Shown here: piece by piece, positions 37,222-51,657 of the stretch
How positions within the stretch are numbered: position 1 is the first letter of the stretch
Layout: each line of letters opens with the position of its first letter
Assembly (NCBI RefSeq): GCF_964188315.1
Contig: NC_135662.1
Location: forward strand, 29,450,001-29,514,000
DNA: 64,000 nucleotides
Origin: Podarcis muralis
Lineage: Eukaryota
Reading direction: 5' to 3'
Position numbers and translations under genes: made by a program
Notes under the pieces: model-generated
The model's database searches: none
What the model saw: the letters and a program-made list of their open reading frames with translations, nothing else
What the model was told of the DNA's origin: nothing

Positions 37222-40200
37222 ATGGCTGATCCTTGGCAAGAATGCATGGATTATGCAGTTATTTTAGCAAGAAAAGCTGGAGAGGTATGTTTCAGGAAAT
37301 TTTTAATGTTTGATGTTTTATCATGTTTTTAATATTCTGTTGGGAGCCACCCAGAGTGGGGAAAGCCAGCCAGATGGGCGAGGTATAAATAATAAGTTGT
37401 TATTATTATAATATGCTTTGAATTTTTGTAAGCACATAATTATTCTGAAAAATATATATGTCTTGCTTGTACTTCTGTTTAGTACTTCAGCAGTATAAAA
37501 CGATGGGGTATTTGCAGAACAAATAAGGAGACCAACTCCATTTTAAAATATAAAAACAAAGGGAAGGTTTAGAAAAGCATGATCAGCTTTGCAAGGAAGT
37601 CCGAAAATATTGCAGTCTACAACATGCTGTACTTCCCTTCTGCTAGTCATTTTTGGATAGGCGACAATGATCACAATTGGCTGTGTTCAAGCCTGAGCAT
37701 GATAGCTGCTTTCAGATGAGCTGTTTACTATGGAATTGCCATTCCCCATCAACTCACCTTGAGAAGTCTTCCATATGACACTGTCATGCATTTGTAATCT
37801 TCCCATGGCCCTTTGTGGTTTCTGGCTTTTTTCTCTTTTTTTGTACCAGAAAGAATCTGATATGTTCTGAAAAGGCTGGAATAGTAGCACTTAGGTGGGG
37901 ATTGTTCATAACACCATTAAGTAGTCTTTGGAGAGGGCTTTGGATGTGTTAAGTGACATTGCTGGGGCAGAGAGAGCATGGCACCTCTCCTCATTTCTGG
38001 TGCATAAGCCCCTGAGCTTCTGCCTGTTCCACGAGGGAGGAAATGTTTTTGTGCAGCTGACTGAGTGCATTAACTTGTTTTCAAAAAGTGTCATGCAAAT
38101 AATTTTCTTTGCAGGTAGTCCGGGAAGCACTAACAAAGGACATAGCTATCATGATTAAAAGCTCTCCAGCAGATCTAGTGACTGTCACTGACCAAAAAGT
38201 AGAAAATATGCTTATTTCTTCTATAAAGGAAAAATACCCTTCTCACAGGTACAGAATATTTTAGATCTCAATTTTTTATTATCACAGGTATGAAACCTTT
38301 GATCCTGATGGCTCAAAATAAGCACAGGGAACCTGGCAAACTAATAACATAGTTTTTTCTACATTTTAAGCTGTGCTTGTCTCACATAAGCTCCATTTAT
38401 CACACTTCAATTCTAGTTAGGTAAGGATGGTAAAAGGGAGAATAATGGAATCTCCAACCCCTGTAGGCAGTAACTAAGGAAGCTTCTTTCAGTTATGGCA
38501 AAATGGCAGGATGACACAAGGGTGTGGTAGAAGCCAAGAGAAATGAATGACAGGCTATGCAAATATGAAGAGGTGGATCACAGAGTCAGCATGGTGTTAT
38601 GGTTGCTGCTTAGGCAGGGGTAGCCCATTTGCCCTGGATGCAGGCAAGCCATGATCATTTGCGGGTGAGTATACCAGTGATATCAGTCTCTGCAGGTCAG
38701 GAAGAGTCTTAATTGTAAGATGGTGCGCCATGCTATTAGGCCTATGTGGGAAGATTACGTTTTATTCCAAGTGTTGTGCGTGTAGAATGTGTGAAAGGTT
38801 GCCTGCTGTCTATAGAGATGGAGTTTGCAGCTCCTAAAAAAGTGGGAAGGTCAGATTATATCTAACTAGGTATGGTTGTGACAGCTTCATAGACCTGGAA
38901 CGTGGATTATAGGTCTGACATGTTTTTTCAGTGTGGTACAATATGAGAAGTGGGCTGCTCCTATTGGGAGAGATGAAATCACTGCCATGTGGGGAATAGC
39001 CAGGCAATGTGAAGGTGAGGCAAGTCTGGCAGAGAACAGCAATGTGCACATGGGCATCTTGTTTCTCAAGACAGAAGAGCAAGCCTGATCCAAGAGGTCA
39101 GGACTTCCCAACTGACCTGCTGTGACAAATCTAGCCCTCTTCTTTGGCCAGTGCTTAGGGGAGATACACAGGATAAATCTATTAACTGACACATCCTAGT
39201 TCTAGGACTCATTTTAGGTTCAAAGTCTCACATAGGTGCAAAGGAAGGATGCAAAATACCAGTGGTGGCAGAAGGGGCTCTCTCTACTTTAGCAAGTTCT
39301 GCTGGGTTATATGGGGAGAACCAATATAGTGGAGATTTCCAGTGCAACCTCATTGCTTACCAAGCATATATGACAGATATATAGCAGAAAGCGCTGTATC
39401 ATACAACACATAACTACTTTGTGCAATTCACTCCCACAAGATATTGTAATGATCTCTGGCTTATGTGACATGAAAAGGAGATCACAAAAAGACATGAAAG
39501 ATGGAGTTTTAGAGACACACCAGGACAGAGGCAGTAGTGGGGAAGGTTGTTGCATTCCTGCCGTCTTTGTGGGCTGTCCAGAGTCATCAAGCCCACAAGA
39601 CCACTGTGGGCTGCCAGGACCACATCCTGCCTAGTCTAGGAAGCTGAAATAAATCCGACAAGGCTTCTTATGGCTATCTATTTCCTGTGCATAAAATGAA
39701 TCCGTACCATGGAGAATGGGATGTTCTATAAACGATTTGTTGGATGAATGATCATTTTTGAAGTTGTGACATTTTAAGATCTATATGTGACAGGTGTAAA
39801 TCCTTATATGTTTGTTTGTTTGTTTGCTCATTATTTTTTTAAAATATCCCCATAGTTTTATTGGAGAAGAATCTGTTGCTGCTGGTGCAAAAAGTACCTT
39901 GACAGATAATCCCACTTGGATTATTGACCCTATTGATGGAACGACTAACTTCGTTCACAGGTATGTTTTTTGCATCTTTCTCTTAGAGTCACGGTGGGCG
40001 TGTTTAGGTGTCACATTAAATCACAAACCGATCACACCCACTTCACTCTTCCCCACTAGCACTGGGAAGAAACAAACTATGATCCCATTCTCAGCATTAC
40101 ATCAGCCAGAGAGTACAGTTTGGTTTGCTCCAAACAAACCACCATATCTAAGCAATGTTTCTTCTTGACTTATTGATCATAGTTGGGGGTTTTTTAAGTC

Positions 40201-43200
40201 AACTAAATTGCAGTCTTTGATTTGGACATCACATTAAGCTATGGTTTGTTTCTCGCCTGTGAAAATAGTGAAGTGAGCATGATTGACTTGTGCAATATAC
40301 CTCTGTGCTTTCCCTCCTCTGGAATCAGAGTAAGATCTTTGTGCTGTGCTGTGATATGGTCATCTTAGACTTTGCTTTCCAGTTTGTATTTGATTAGGAG
40401 TAGCTAGTTAAAATGTTGCCTTAGTTCTCTAATTTACAGTTGAACACATGCTGCCTGTCAATCATTAACATTATGCCTCTGAGCTTACAAGTGCAATATG
40501 CTTATCTCTTTGGTTTTCAAGGTTTCCCTTTGTGGCTGTTTCAATTGGCTTTGTTGTAAAGAAACAGGTAACTTATAATTTCTTTTTAACATACAGTAAA
40601 AAAGTAAAATACTACCATTGCAGCCTACACACAAAATGCAAACTTTTTTTTTGAAAGCATAACCCTCCCCCCTATGATATTTCATTTGTTTGGTTGCAGA
40701 TGGAATTTGGAATTGTATACAGCTGTGTAGAAGACAAAATGTACACCGGCAGGAAAGGGAAAGGAGCATTTTGCAATGGGCAAAAGCTCCAAGTATCAAA
40801 GCAACAAGGTACGGTTTTTGCATTAATATAGCAGTATGACTATACAAAATTGGGAAAGTGATGGGCCAGATTCAACTAACCTGGTGCCCCAGCAGAATGA
40901 CTTCCACTAGCACAACAGGGCTTCTCCACCTCTCACTGTGCCTCCCCCAGATCCTACTGTAAAGGGTAAAGTGAACCCTCAGGATAGTGCTCACGGGAAG
41001 GAGAGGGGAGATAGCTATTTCCAGCAAGCAGAAATGCTTATGCTGGCAGAATGGTCATCTTAGCACAATGTTGAATTTCACCCCGTGGATTGAGAATTGC
41101 AAAGACCCAATTGTTGACTTAAATCTATTTTGGATGTACAGTGGTACCTCGGTTTACGAACTTAATCCATTCCAGAAGTCCGTTCTTAAACCAAAACCGT
41201 TCTTAAACCAAGGCACGCTTTCCCTAATGAGGCCTCCCACCGCCAGTGCCCTTCCACCGTTCGGATTCCGTTCTTAGAATGAGGTAAAGTTCTCAAACCA
41301 ATACGCTATTTCTGGTTTTGCGGAGTTTGTAAACCAAATCGTTCTTAAGCCAGACTGTTCTTAAACCGAGGTACCACTATGTTAGAATAGAATTCATGAT
41401 TTCACCCAGAAAACGCTATGCTGGAGACTAGATCATTCATGTGAACAAAATGTAATGAGTGTTTTTCCATACTAGCTTCACTGTTCATTTTACGTATTAT
41501 CTGTAGGATAATAAACATACAATTTTCAGCTCAGAAGACCATAGAGAACCTTTGGGTGCATAGTGAAATCTGCTCCTTCAAGTAATGTTGAGGCAGCAGG
41601 GTTGGCCCATGTATCAGTCTTGTGCTTATTTTTTGATCTTATTAGAGACCATATGTTCACCAAAGGGCACTGTATAAATTCAGGTAAGTGCAGGAAGCAG
41701 AGGCCAAATCCTGACACCCCTAGTGTGTTACATGCAAATTTCTATTTATTTGCAGATTTATAAAGCGCTTCACAACCAAAAGCTATTGAAGTGGTGTACA
41801 GTAAAGTAAGATAAAAGTACAAAAGATCAGGAACTCTGTGAGCAAAAGGCAATAAAACCATTTGTATGAATATTGTATAACGGTTTAATGAGTTATATGC
41901 TGGGGGGGGGGGAACATTGTGTGAGTACTTTTCTTAAATACTCGCTGTTTTTCCTTTGAGCTACAACAACCAAATCTGAATTAAAGTAATGGTCAGACTT
42001 TTCTACCTTTCCTCTCTCCCCCCCCCAACCTCTCTACAGATATTACAAAAGCACTCTTAGTGTCAGAGCTAGGATCCAACCGTGATCCAGAGGTTATAAA
42101 AACTGTTCTTTCTAACATGCAAAGACTACTGAACATTCCTATTCATGGGTATGTCTTCTTCTTCTTGTTTGTTTGTTTATTAAATTACTCTACTGTCCTG
42201 CATCCGAAGGTCACAGGGCAGTTTATGCATGCCATTACCAAAAAACAATAACCCTCCCACAAACAGTTTAAAAGGTTGTAAAGGTAAAGGGACCCCTGAC
42301 CGTTAGGTCGTTGCGGACGACTCTGGGGTTGTGGCACTCATCTCACTTTATTGGCCGAGGGATCCGGCGTATAGCTTCCGGGTCATGTGGCCAGCATGAC
42401 TAAGCCGCTTCTGGCAAACCAGAGCAGCGCACGGAAACGCCATTTACCTTCCCACCAGAGTGGTACCTATTTATCTACTTGCACTTTGACGTGCTTTCGA
42501 ACTGCTAAGTTGGCAGGAGCTGGGACTGAGCAAGGGGAGCTCACCCTGTCGCAGGGAATCAAACCGCTGCCATTCTGATCGGCAAGCCCTGGATTGTTTA
42601 ATTAGCCAAAGGCTAATTAAAGAAGAGGAAAGTTTTTGCTTAGTGCCTAAAGAAATGTAATAAAGGTGTCAGGCAAGCCTTCCTGAGGAGAGCATTCCAC
42701 AAGTGGGGAGCCACCACACAAAGGTCCATTCCCATGTTACCGCCGTCCAGGCATCTCACAGACAAGGCCCACAAAGAAGGTCCTCAGATGATGATTGCAG
42801 GGTCTGCAGTGGTTCATATGGAAAGAGGTGGTCCTTGAGGTATTGTGGTCCTCAGCCGTTTAAGGCTTTATTGGTAAAAACCAGCGCTTTGAATTGAACC
42901 AGAAACCGATCGGCAGCTAGTACAGTCAGGCCACGATTGGTGTTATATGCTCAAACTGTCTTGCCCCGGTAAGCAACCTGGCTGATGAATTCTGCATCAG
43001 CTGAAGTTTCCGAACTGTGTTCAGAGGTACCCCACATATAACATGCTGCAGTAATCCAACCTAAAGGTCTATGCCCTGGCATAGACGACAGAAGTTAGGC
43101 TATCCCTGTCCTGATAGGGGCGCAGCTGGGCCACAAGCTGAAGCTGATGGAAGGCACTCTGGAGATCTGCATGGCACCAAAGAGGCTTGTTTAGAATGAG

Positions 43201-44583
43201 GCACAACTTAGTTTTTTTAACAAATAGTCTTTAAAACTGTAGTGTTGGCTATCCTTTCTTTAAAAATGTTTGCTTGTGTGTGAATAACAGCATATTTCAG
43301 TTGATGCAGGAAGGCGAGGGCAAGGCAGAGAACGTCAATGTTTGCAGCAGTTAAGTGAGCCTAATCTGGTGTTCTGTCGTGACCATGTCCTGGCCAAAAG
43401 TTCCACAAGGGGGCACTATTAAGAGGCCAAAAAGTCAGCTATTCTAAAGTGCTTAAGAGGTCAAACATAGTGGGGAGTTATATATAAATTAGGACATAAT
43501 GGAGGAATGATATGATGCAGCGTTGTGCTCCTATTAAAAAAATATGCAGCTATTGAGTTAGATCCAGACTGAGGATGCCTTCCTAAACTCACATACCGTA
43601 CTTGGGAATAAGCACTGTTCATCCCAATAGGATTTACTTCTGAGAAGACACGATTTCACAGAGACCTCTAAGTTGCATCACGACTAACTTATCTCACTGA
43701 TTTCACTGAAAGAGACCCAGGTCAAATGATTTTGTTTGCATCTGCTTCTTTTGCATTTCAAATGACTGGTGATTGCTGTGAATATTTTAATGTGAAACTG
43801 CAGGGTTTGAATTTGTTGCGATAATATACTTTCTCTGTTTTAGGATTAGAGCAGTTGGGACTGCAGCCGTAAACATGTGCCTGGTGGCGACAGGAGGAGC
43901 AGATGCCTACTACGAGATGGGCATTCACTGCTGGGATATGGCAGGGGCTGGGATTATCATTATGGAAGCGGGCGGAGTGCTGCTCGATGTCTCAGGTAAA
44001 ATATGTTGGGAATGTAACAAGACCAGTTAATTTCTGCTTTCTTAACTGAGCAATGTGCATTTGTGATGTGCAATTCTGATTGTGCCCTATGTCTTTAAAG
44101 GTTGTCAGTTTAGTAAACAGTAGGTGGAGCTTTAGAATTTGAGTGTATTCCATCCAGTGGGTTGTCAGGGTCTCAAGTTTTTGCAGGATTTAACCCACTA
44201 CTTTTGTCCTGGAAAACACACCAGATTAGTATGACTAGCAGACAGGGGTTGCCTGTACTGTAAACCACTATGCAATCTTCAGATGAAGGGTGGTATATTA
44301 TTATTATTATTATTATTAGGTTACTTTGGAGTGGTCCTTAATAAATTTTCACATGACTTATCCAGAGGATTTCGATAATTATAGCTAAAACTCTGCTTCA
44401 TAATATTAGTTCATAAATAACACTGTAAATCAGTTGTGTTTGTTGTTGTTTTTTTCGTCCCCAGGGGCACCATTTGATTTGATGTCAAGAAGAATAATTG
44501 CTGCAAATAGCCAAGTACTAGCAGAGCGAATAGCAAAAGAGATTCAGATCATTCCCTACCAAAGGGATGACGAAACAAATTAA
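37222..44583 (+). CDS. IMPA1: Inositol monophosphatase 1, 278 aa
   Basis: Coding exons 37222-37284, 38115-38248, 39856-39960, 40522-40567, 40700-40808, 42040-42148, 43844-43995 and 44465-44583 (837 nt, all GT-AG). [13 protein letters not shown] start. Catalytic motifs [17 protein letters not shown] and GIHCWDMAG are intact. Confidence 0.97.
41139..41379. mobile_element. Tc1/mariner-type MITE in an IMPA1 intron
   Basis: TA-CAGTGGTACCTCGGTTTA...TAAACCGAGGTACCACT inverted ends. Confidence 0.82.
42279..42590 (-). mobile_element. Sauria SINE, head partly missing, in an IMPA1 intron
   Basis: aaggtaaagg tail, with a body matching 14807-15164. Confidence 0.88.
42640..43150 (-). mobile_element. Older L2 LINE fragment
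   Basis: Decayed sequence resembling the minus-strand L2 at 60122-60550 (agcattccaca...ccaccac...ggtcctcag...gccgtttaaggcttta). Confidence 0.55.
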
Positions 44584-47500
44584 ATGTTATAATTGCACCA
44601 TCTCTGTTATGGACAATTCCTATCAGCTGGTCTGTATACTTAAAAATAGCTTTTAATGTGAAATGCACCCTTTGTGCTAGGGCACGTGATATAGATATGT
44701 TGCTGAATTCTGATATTTCAAAGCTTGATGCTTCAGTCCTTCCCAAAGTTCCTAGAAATGTGTTCTGTCTTGTGCAAACAGCACACAAGTATTTTTTAAA
44801 ATAATGTTTCATTACCTTGTTTATGTCTCTTAAAGGAGAACATATGGGGTGTGGTGGTGGGATTTCTCCTTCAAACATCTTGGGCCCAGAGACTCATTCT
44901 GTAATCTGAGGACCAAACTAGATGTTACCTTTGCAAATAAGTGGCCTCAAACTCATGTTTGTCAATACAATCATGGAGTGGGTGGGTGCAGGTGTTTGCA
45001 AGGACAGGTCAGCCAGCAGGTGGAGCAGATGCATAACTCCTGAACAGCCCACAGTTTCTCCTGCACAATTTCTGTAGACTCTCTCTACAGCCAAACACAT
45101 TTTCTGACACAAAGCTAGATGCGATCAGAACTTGCTGGGGAGAATCAGCAAGCACATATCTCCCTGCCAAGTCTTCCCTGCAAAGTTAGCATTACGATGG
45201 AAAAACTGCCCTGTTGTTTCCCTCGCAGTGTCCAGTTTGGCCACAAAACTTCTGCATTTGCCAACTTCTGTTTTCTGTATTTTCCACCTCATATTGTATT
45301 TCATATCAACCTTGTTGATACTGGCCTGATCAGTATCATCTTTGATATGCAGAGCACAGGATGTCAGAGTTGAAGTCAGGATCCAGTTAACCATTTTGAA
45401 AACATTGTGTGTGAAATGGTGGCATAAAAGCATATGCTTAAATCTCACCAACTGAAATCTATGGTACTTAAAAATGTTTAGCTTTGGCTTTATTATTCTG
45501 CAGCTTTTCACAGAATTGTGGTTTTTCCTTTCTCTTTCACAATAATTGTTAAAAGGTGGTTTAAAAGGGGAAATTATTACATAGATTCCAAATGCAAAAA
45601 TTAAATAAGACAGGCATGCCATGCCCTCTTTTGAATACCTAATTATTAAACTAGTGTAAAAATGTTTGGCCAAAAATCATGGAACCGTTATTGTCAATAT
45701 GAGAGTAAACATTTGGCTGAGTTTTACACTGAACATTCTTCACAGGAAATTTTTTTATAGCCTTATTTTGATAAGTTTATTTCCAGTTCCAGATATTTAT
45801 TTCTTGGTTTATTTTGGAAGTCAGTGTTTGATCAGCTGAAGTGGAGTAAGTAATGAAACAATACCTTTTTCAGGGGCAGCAGAAAGTCTTGTGGTGCATT
45901 AAAGAGTGACTTATGAATCAATTAGGGCATAAGCTTGTGTAGGTTGTTTGCAGAAAGCAAGCTATGGCGCAGAAAAGCTTCTCCTCTAATATATTTGTTG
46001 GTCTTCTTTAAGATGACATAAGACTTTTCGTTACATTTTCTGATTAACACTCATTCAGGGATTTATCTTTAAGCTGCATGTGTCAGTCTTACGTACTATA
46101 AAATATCTGACGTTTGCCATCTGTTAGAAAGAAAAGTTTAACTGTAAAGAAGCATTGGGAGGTGTAAGGAAGGTAGCCTTGTGGTGTCTAGAAATATTGA
46201 CTTGACTCATACATTAAAGCTTGTACCTGCACAGATGGAACTTTGACAGCCAAAACGCTTTCAGTATAAAATACAGGTCTCCTGATAGAACCATAGCTCT
46301 GTTACTAGCAGTTTTCTGTGATGATTCACTTGGTGATGCTATTTCAGATGTACAGGCAACCTGTTTGCAACCATGGAGAAGTGCCACCAATGTAATATTT
46401 GTAGGCACGTGGTTAATGGTCCTCTGGTCTTCCGTAATTAGAGCTTCCATTATGCTAGATCTTCTAGTTCAGCCATAACCAACAGGGCTTTTGGCCTAGT
46501 CACGTTAACCTCCGCCATTGTCCTGAAACATTAGGTTGCTAATCTGGCACCCATGGGTGCGCATATGGCCAGAGAAGGGCTTCCTAGCACCCACAGGGTC
46601 CTGTCTCAATTCCTCCCCCTGCTGAAATTAGGCTGCAAATAAGCCTAAACCTAATGGGATAATGAAAGCCTAACTTTTGCAAGGAGGTGTGCTCTTCCCA
46701 GAGATTGCTGGGGAAGGAAGGTTAGCCCTAGCTCCTCTCTCCAGGAAAATTGCCACCACCATTAGATTTTGGGGGTAGGGAGCAAAAACAATTCCATCAG
46801 GTATAATTGCTGGCGAGGAGGGAGGGTGTTAGTGAGTGTGCATATTCATGCAGGGTTGTGGTACCCACACAACACAGTTTCTCCATTTTGTACTTTTGCC
46901 CATAGGCCCAAACAAGGTTGGCAACCCCTTCACCTAGTGTATAGGATTTATCCCCAGTGTTTAGATTTTAGCAGTGCATGGACTATAGTACCAGTGCAAG
47001 GGGACAACTCAAGTGTAAGCTCTAGAGACATTTCCTGTACTCCAACCGTCTTCAGAATTTTACTTTTTCCAAGGTGCCAGAATGATTCTTTAGCATAGCA
47101 GGCCAGATAAATTCTGAGCTTTTGTATAAAATCATAGGGCGGGGGGCAGGTAATGCTAATATTAAGAAGCTTTACTTTGTAAAGTTGAGAATTGCTTTGA
47201 AAAGTGTTGTAGTAATATATTTAAAATAAAGTCCAGCTTTATTTTTGGCTTTAAAATGACCGTGACTATTCTTGCCCTTTATTTTCAGAAATTTGCATGC
47301 TCCAGCGCCGCCTTCACAGAGCAGTAATTAAAACATGTATTTCAGTGGTAGTTGTTTTCTTAAAAGCTAGTCTAAAATTGTATATCCAGCACCTGTGATC
47401 GAATGTCCTGTTGCAACATAATTGATGGGAGTAGCCTTGGCATTGTCCCATACGCATTGTTGCCTTTAACAAAAAACCAAGGAAGAGATGTACTTGAGAA

Positions 47501-49735
47501 GAGGCATTTGGAAACAATAAGAGGAAAAGGTGTGTAAAATAGTAAGGGTGTGCCTGTGCTTCTGTGCAAGGGAAGGGCTGGCTACGCTTGAGTTCATCGT
47601 TTTGAAAAAGAACTAATACGCATTCCTTTGCATGAGTTGCATCACTATTAAATCAGGCATGGCTAAAAATGAAGTGTCCTGTATAGTTGTTAGCCAGCCA
47701 GTAGAGGGACTCATTTCCCCAAGTTATAATGCTGTACATTGCTTCCTCTTACTAATATACTCTTACTTGTGCTAATACACCAATATGGTATGTTCACATT
47801 TCTAAAACAAACGGGCAAACACATTGTCTCTTTGGCTGTACATCAGTTTGTTGCTGTTGACATCCCTCAAGTAATAAAAGCCAGATAGCTTTACTTCGAG
47901 GGATTGGTTCTAGAGAATAAGATCCCATATTTGGGTGCTTTAGGATCCTGCTGTTGCCTGGCTAAATTCAGTATTTTCCAAGTCTCACTCATAGTAAAGG
48001 TCTGATATCAGGAATTGCCCTATGATGATGGCCTTTGGATTTTTTTTTCCTCGGGGGGAGCTCAGCTATCTTTGCTCTGTATTTCACATACTTTTCCAAG
48101 TGTGCTGTCTTGTAGACATTCACATATAAAAGTGTACAGTCTTGCATTTCAAACCAGACATTCCTCCACAGATTTCACAATAACGTAATCTTCACTTACA
48201 TTAAAAAGCAACGTGTTAATGTCTGCAAAATGAAGGGAAGCTTTAGTTAAAATGTTATATAAACTTTACTCAGATTGTTATCAGCAGAATAAAACTGGGT
48301 GATGTTTATGGCTAAGAGAGATAACGGGCTGAAAAATACTAACTGATAAGCATGGTATTTTTTCCAGCTGTGCTCGGCACTAGCTGGTACCATCTCCCTC
48401 CCCCATTCTTGAAAAATTGTTTGGGGTAAAGGACTTAGCGAAGAGATTAGAGTTGCAACAGCCTTATGGGCAACTCTACATGAAATGTGCTGCTCTCATC
48501 TGTGCAATTAACCATTTCTTTTTCAACAAGAAACATCAGCTCACAATAACACAATGACGACCAATACATCCATCTCATTTTAAACATGCAAGTCAATATA
48601 GGTTATCGAAATATCCTGATACATATCCAAAGGAAATTAGCATTTATAAGAAATGTGTTCAAACGTAGCAAGGGCAGTAAAGTCCCTGGATCTTTGTATA
48701 ATAGATGGTGGGTGTTCTGTGTCATTTCAGGCTTGAAGTATAAGCCTCTTGGCAGCCATAAGGGCTTGCAAAATCCATCTCTGTCCTACCATTAGTCCTC
48801 ACAGGAATATAATTTAAAAGTAGATGAACATCTGCAAATGAAAAGCATTTGTGCAATACAAAATGAATGCCAACAATGACTACAGACCAAAAAATATATA
48901 TCACTGGACATGCTCACATCATATGCCTCAATGTCACATTGAAATTAACAATTTCCATTTGGCAAGAGTAATTAACCTATATCTACATATAGGATTAGAT
49001 CCAAACAGTGTTTGGGTTTTTTTTTAACCCTCTTACTTATTTTGTTTATAGAACATAACACAACACAAAGCAAATAAGAAAGACAACCTCACAAAATAGG
49101 AAATGTATGCCTCTGCAATTTTTTTAAAATCAGAAAATGTTCCACCAAATATATCTGTGGGTTATGGATGGATTTAATTGTGTGCGCCTTTCTTTTCATA
49201 TATTCAATAGAGCTTTAACTATTTTGTCGAATAGTCCATTAATACTGGGTTCCAGTTTTGTTACAACCAAGAATCTTCTATTTTTTTTATTTATAACAAT
49301 ATTTATATACTTATATTTTATATACATTAAAAAATGTAAGTGGTTTACAAAAAGTATATATAAAACCATACAGTTAAAAAGTTTAAAACAGAAATCAGAA
49401 AATTACTGTGGAAAGAGCAGTTGAAATAAAAAATTGTCCAGTAGCACCTTCTGGATACCAACTAAGTTTGTTCTGGGTATAAGCTTTCATGTGCATGCAC
49501 ACTTCTTCAGATACTTCAGGTACAGCGTAGAGCTGGTTGGACTAATACTATGAGACAACTTCCTGTGTTCTTTAGCAGGCACCAGAAAGTTGACTCCAGC
49601 TTTCTTCAACCAGTGTCACGAACTGGCAGGACCATGGGGAGGGGAAAGAGGATCCAGGTGAGGGGTGTAGCCGTGACTGATACATACCGAGGCAAGCTGG
49701 GGATGGAGGAGGAGAGATTGGGGACATAGAAAGTA

Positions 49736-50278
49736 TGGCTTTTTGGCAAATGAAATCTTGAATAATTTTTTCAGCTCCTCATATACCTCATTCCAAAATT
49801 TCCCTACAATTTTACATCCCCACCATGTGTGATAAAAGGTTCCCACCTCCCTCTTACATCTCTAGCATAAGTTTGACTGCTTTTTGTAAATCTTAGCCAA
49901 TTTTTCCGGAGTGAGGTACCAGCGGTAAAACATTTTCATTGTGTTCTCTTTTATCGTATGACAGGTTGTGAAATTGATATCTACCTTCCACAACCTTTCC
50001 CAATTTTCCAATTGGATTGTATGACCAAAATCCTTTGCCCACTTTATCATTACTTCTTTGGTTGTTTCATCCTTCAATTCCACTCTAACAGCAAATTGTA
50101 CATTTTAGAGATGGTCTTCTTTTTAGGTTGTATTAATTCACTTTGTAATTTTGACACTTTTTGTTCAAAGCCCTTTTTATCCTGATTAAATCTCTGAACC
50201 ACTTGGTGGTATTGTAACCAGCTATAGTCATTTTTCTTTTTTCGGTTTTGGAAATAAAAAATTAAAAAAAGAAGAAAT
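49736..50278. mobile_element. L1-clade LINE insertion with inverted 5' segment
   Basis: 49736 to about 50230 reads on the minus strand as L1 ORF2 C-terminus (IKWAKDFGHTIQLENWERLWK...KMFYRWYLTPEKLAKIY...GTFYHTWWGC..FW). About 50231-50278 is a plus-strand T-rich/AATAAA/A-rich end. AAAGTA direct repeat at 49730-49735 and 50279-50284. Confidence 0.75.
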
Positions 50279-51657
50279 AAAGTACTCATGGGGGTCACGG
50301 CAAGGGGGTTGGTGTTGGTGTAAAGGACCAAAGCAGGGCCTATTGCCAGAGCCTGAGCCCCCCATCTCCATGAACATGGCGGGCTCTGAGCTATAGGGAG
50401 CAGTGGAAGGTGTGCTCTAGGAGGCGGAGGCCAGCAAGGGCCCACAGCCCAGCTCATGAGCTGATCAGATGGAGCTCACCAGCTGTGGGAGAAGGTTGTG
50501 ATTCCTCAGCTGGAGTGAGCTTGGAACAGGTGAGGGTCACATGCCTCATCTAGCCTAGAAGCTGCAATCAGCATGCAAGGGATAAATGGGAAGCAGAGGT
50601 GAGGTTCTGTGTCTGGTGGACTTCCCATGCAGATGGGCCTTGGCTTGGATATTCCAGAAGCAATTCAGGACTGTACTTTTTGGGACTGCATACACCAGTG
50701 GGGACTTGCCACCAGGTACGCCGGGGGTTGAGGACAGCCAGGTGCCTGCCAGATGTTTTGAACTTCAATCTCTATCAGCCCCAGCTAGCACAGCCAATGG
50801 TGAAGAATGATGAGCAACATCTGATGGGGGCGAGGTTGGGGAAGGCTGGTCTACACACCGGCAAGCATACGGATTATCAGTTTCCCACCAACTCAGACTG
50901 CGGCGGAATGATGCTTTACTTAAATAAGAGATTCTTTAAAAATTGGATCCAGCTACGGTGGGAAATGGAGCTACAAGGTCAAGAGAAGCTGGAAGGCTAC
51001 AATTGCCCATATCCCCAAAATAGCTTATGTAACAGAAGGGAGGAAATGCTTTTCTAATCCCCTATTCCTGTAAATTAAATTTTAATTGTTTTTAATTGCT
51101 GGATTTTAAATTGTGGTAGCTCACCTTAGGACCTGCTGGCAAAGAACAGATAACAATATCCAAATAACGTAGCCTGTGGGTCTAACGGTAGTTAATAATC
51201 CTGTTTTAATTTCTATTTCATTTATTAGTTTTGTTGAGGAAAGTTTGGTAACCCTCTCAAGGTGAGAGGGTGTGTGGACTAGCTAAACCTGGCAAGATTT
51301 CTTACTCTGTGGGTTTAACCCCCTAATGCATTAAATTGAGGTAAGCATGTTGGTTATATGAGGTTGGATTTATCCCGCAGGTCTTACTTCAGTATCTTAG
51401 TCACTAGAACTGTAGGCCATCAAGGCAGTGGATGGAGGAGGCAGTGTGCCTCTAAATACCCATTGCTGGGAGTCACAACTGGGGAGAGAATACTTCGCAC
51501 TCAAGTCCTGCTTGCAAGCATCCTGAGGACATCTGGTTCGCCACTGCAAGAATGATGCATTAGATGGAACTTTGGCTTGCGCCTGCAGGGCTCTTATGTT
51601 TTTATGCATTAGTTCTGTGCATTATGCATACAGCCAGATACCATAGCAGCAGCAGCA

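Noticed and set aside
45125-45673. 182-aa minus-strand ORF downstream of IMPA1
   Set aside because: AT-rich probable 3' UTR or flank, with no domain, splice context or homology I recognise.
49614-50694. Possible LTR (TGTCA...ACA with a CCAG repeat) enclosing the L1 insertion
   Set aside because: A 4-bp match is likely by chance over this search range and no poly(A) signal is visible, so it is not supported enough to call.
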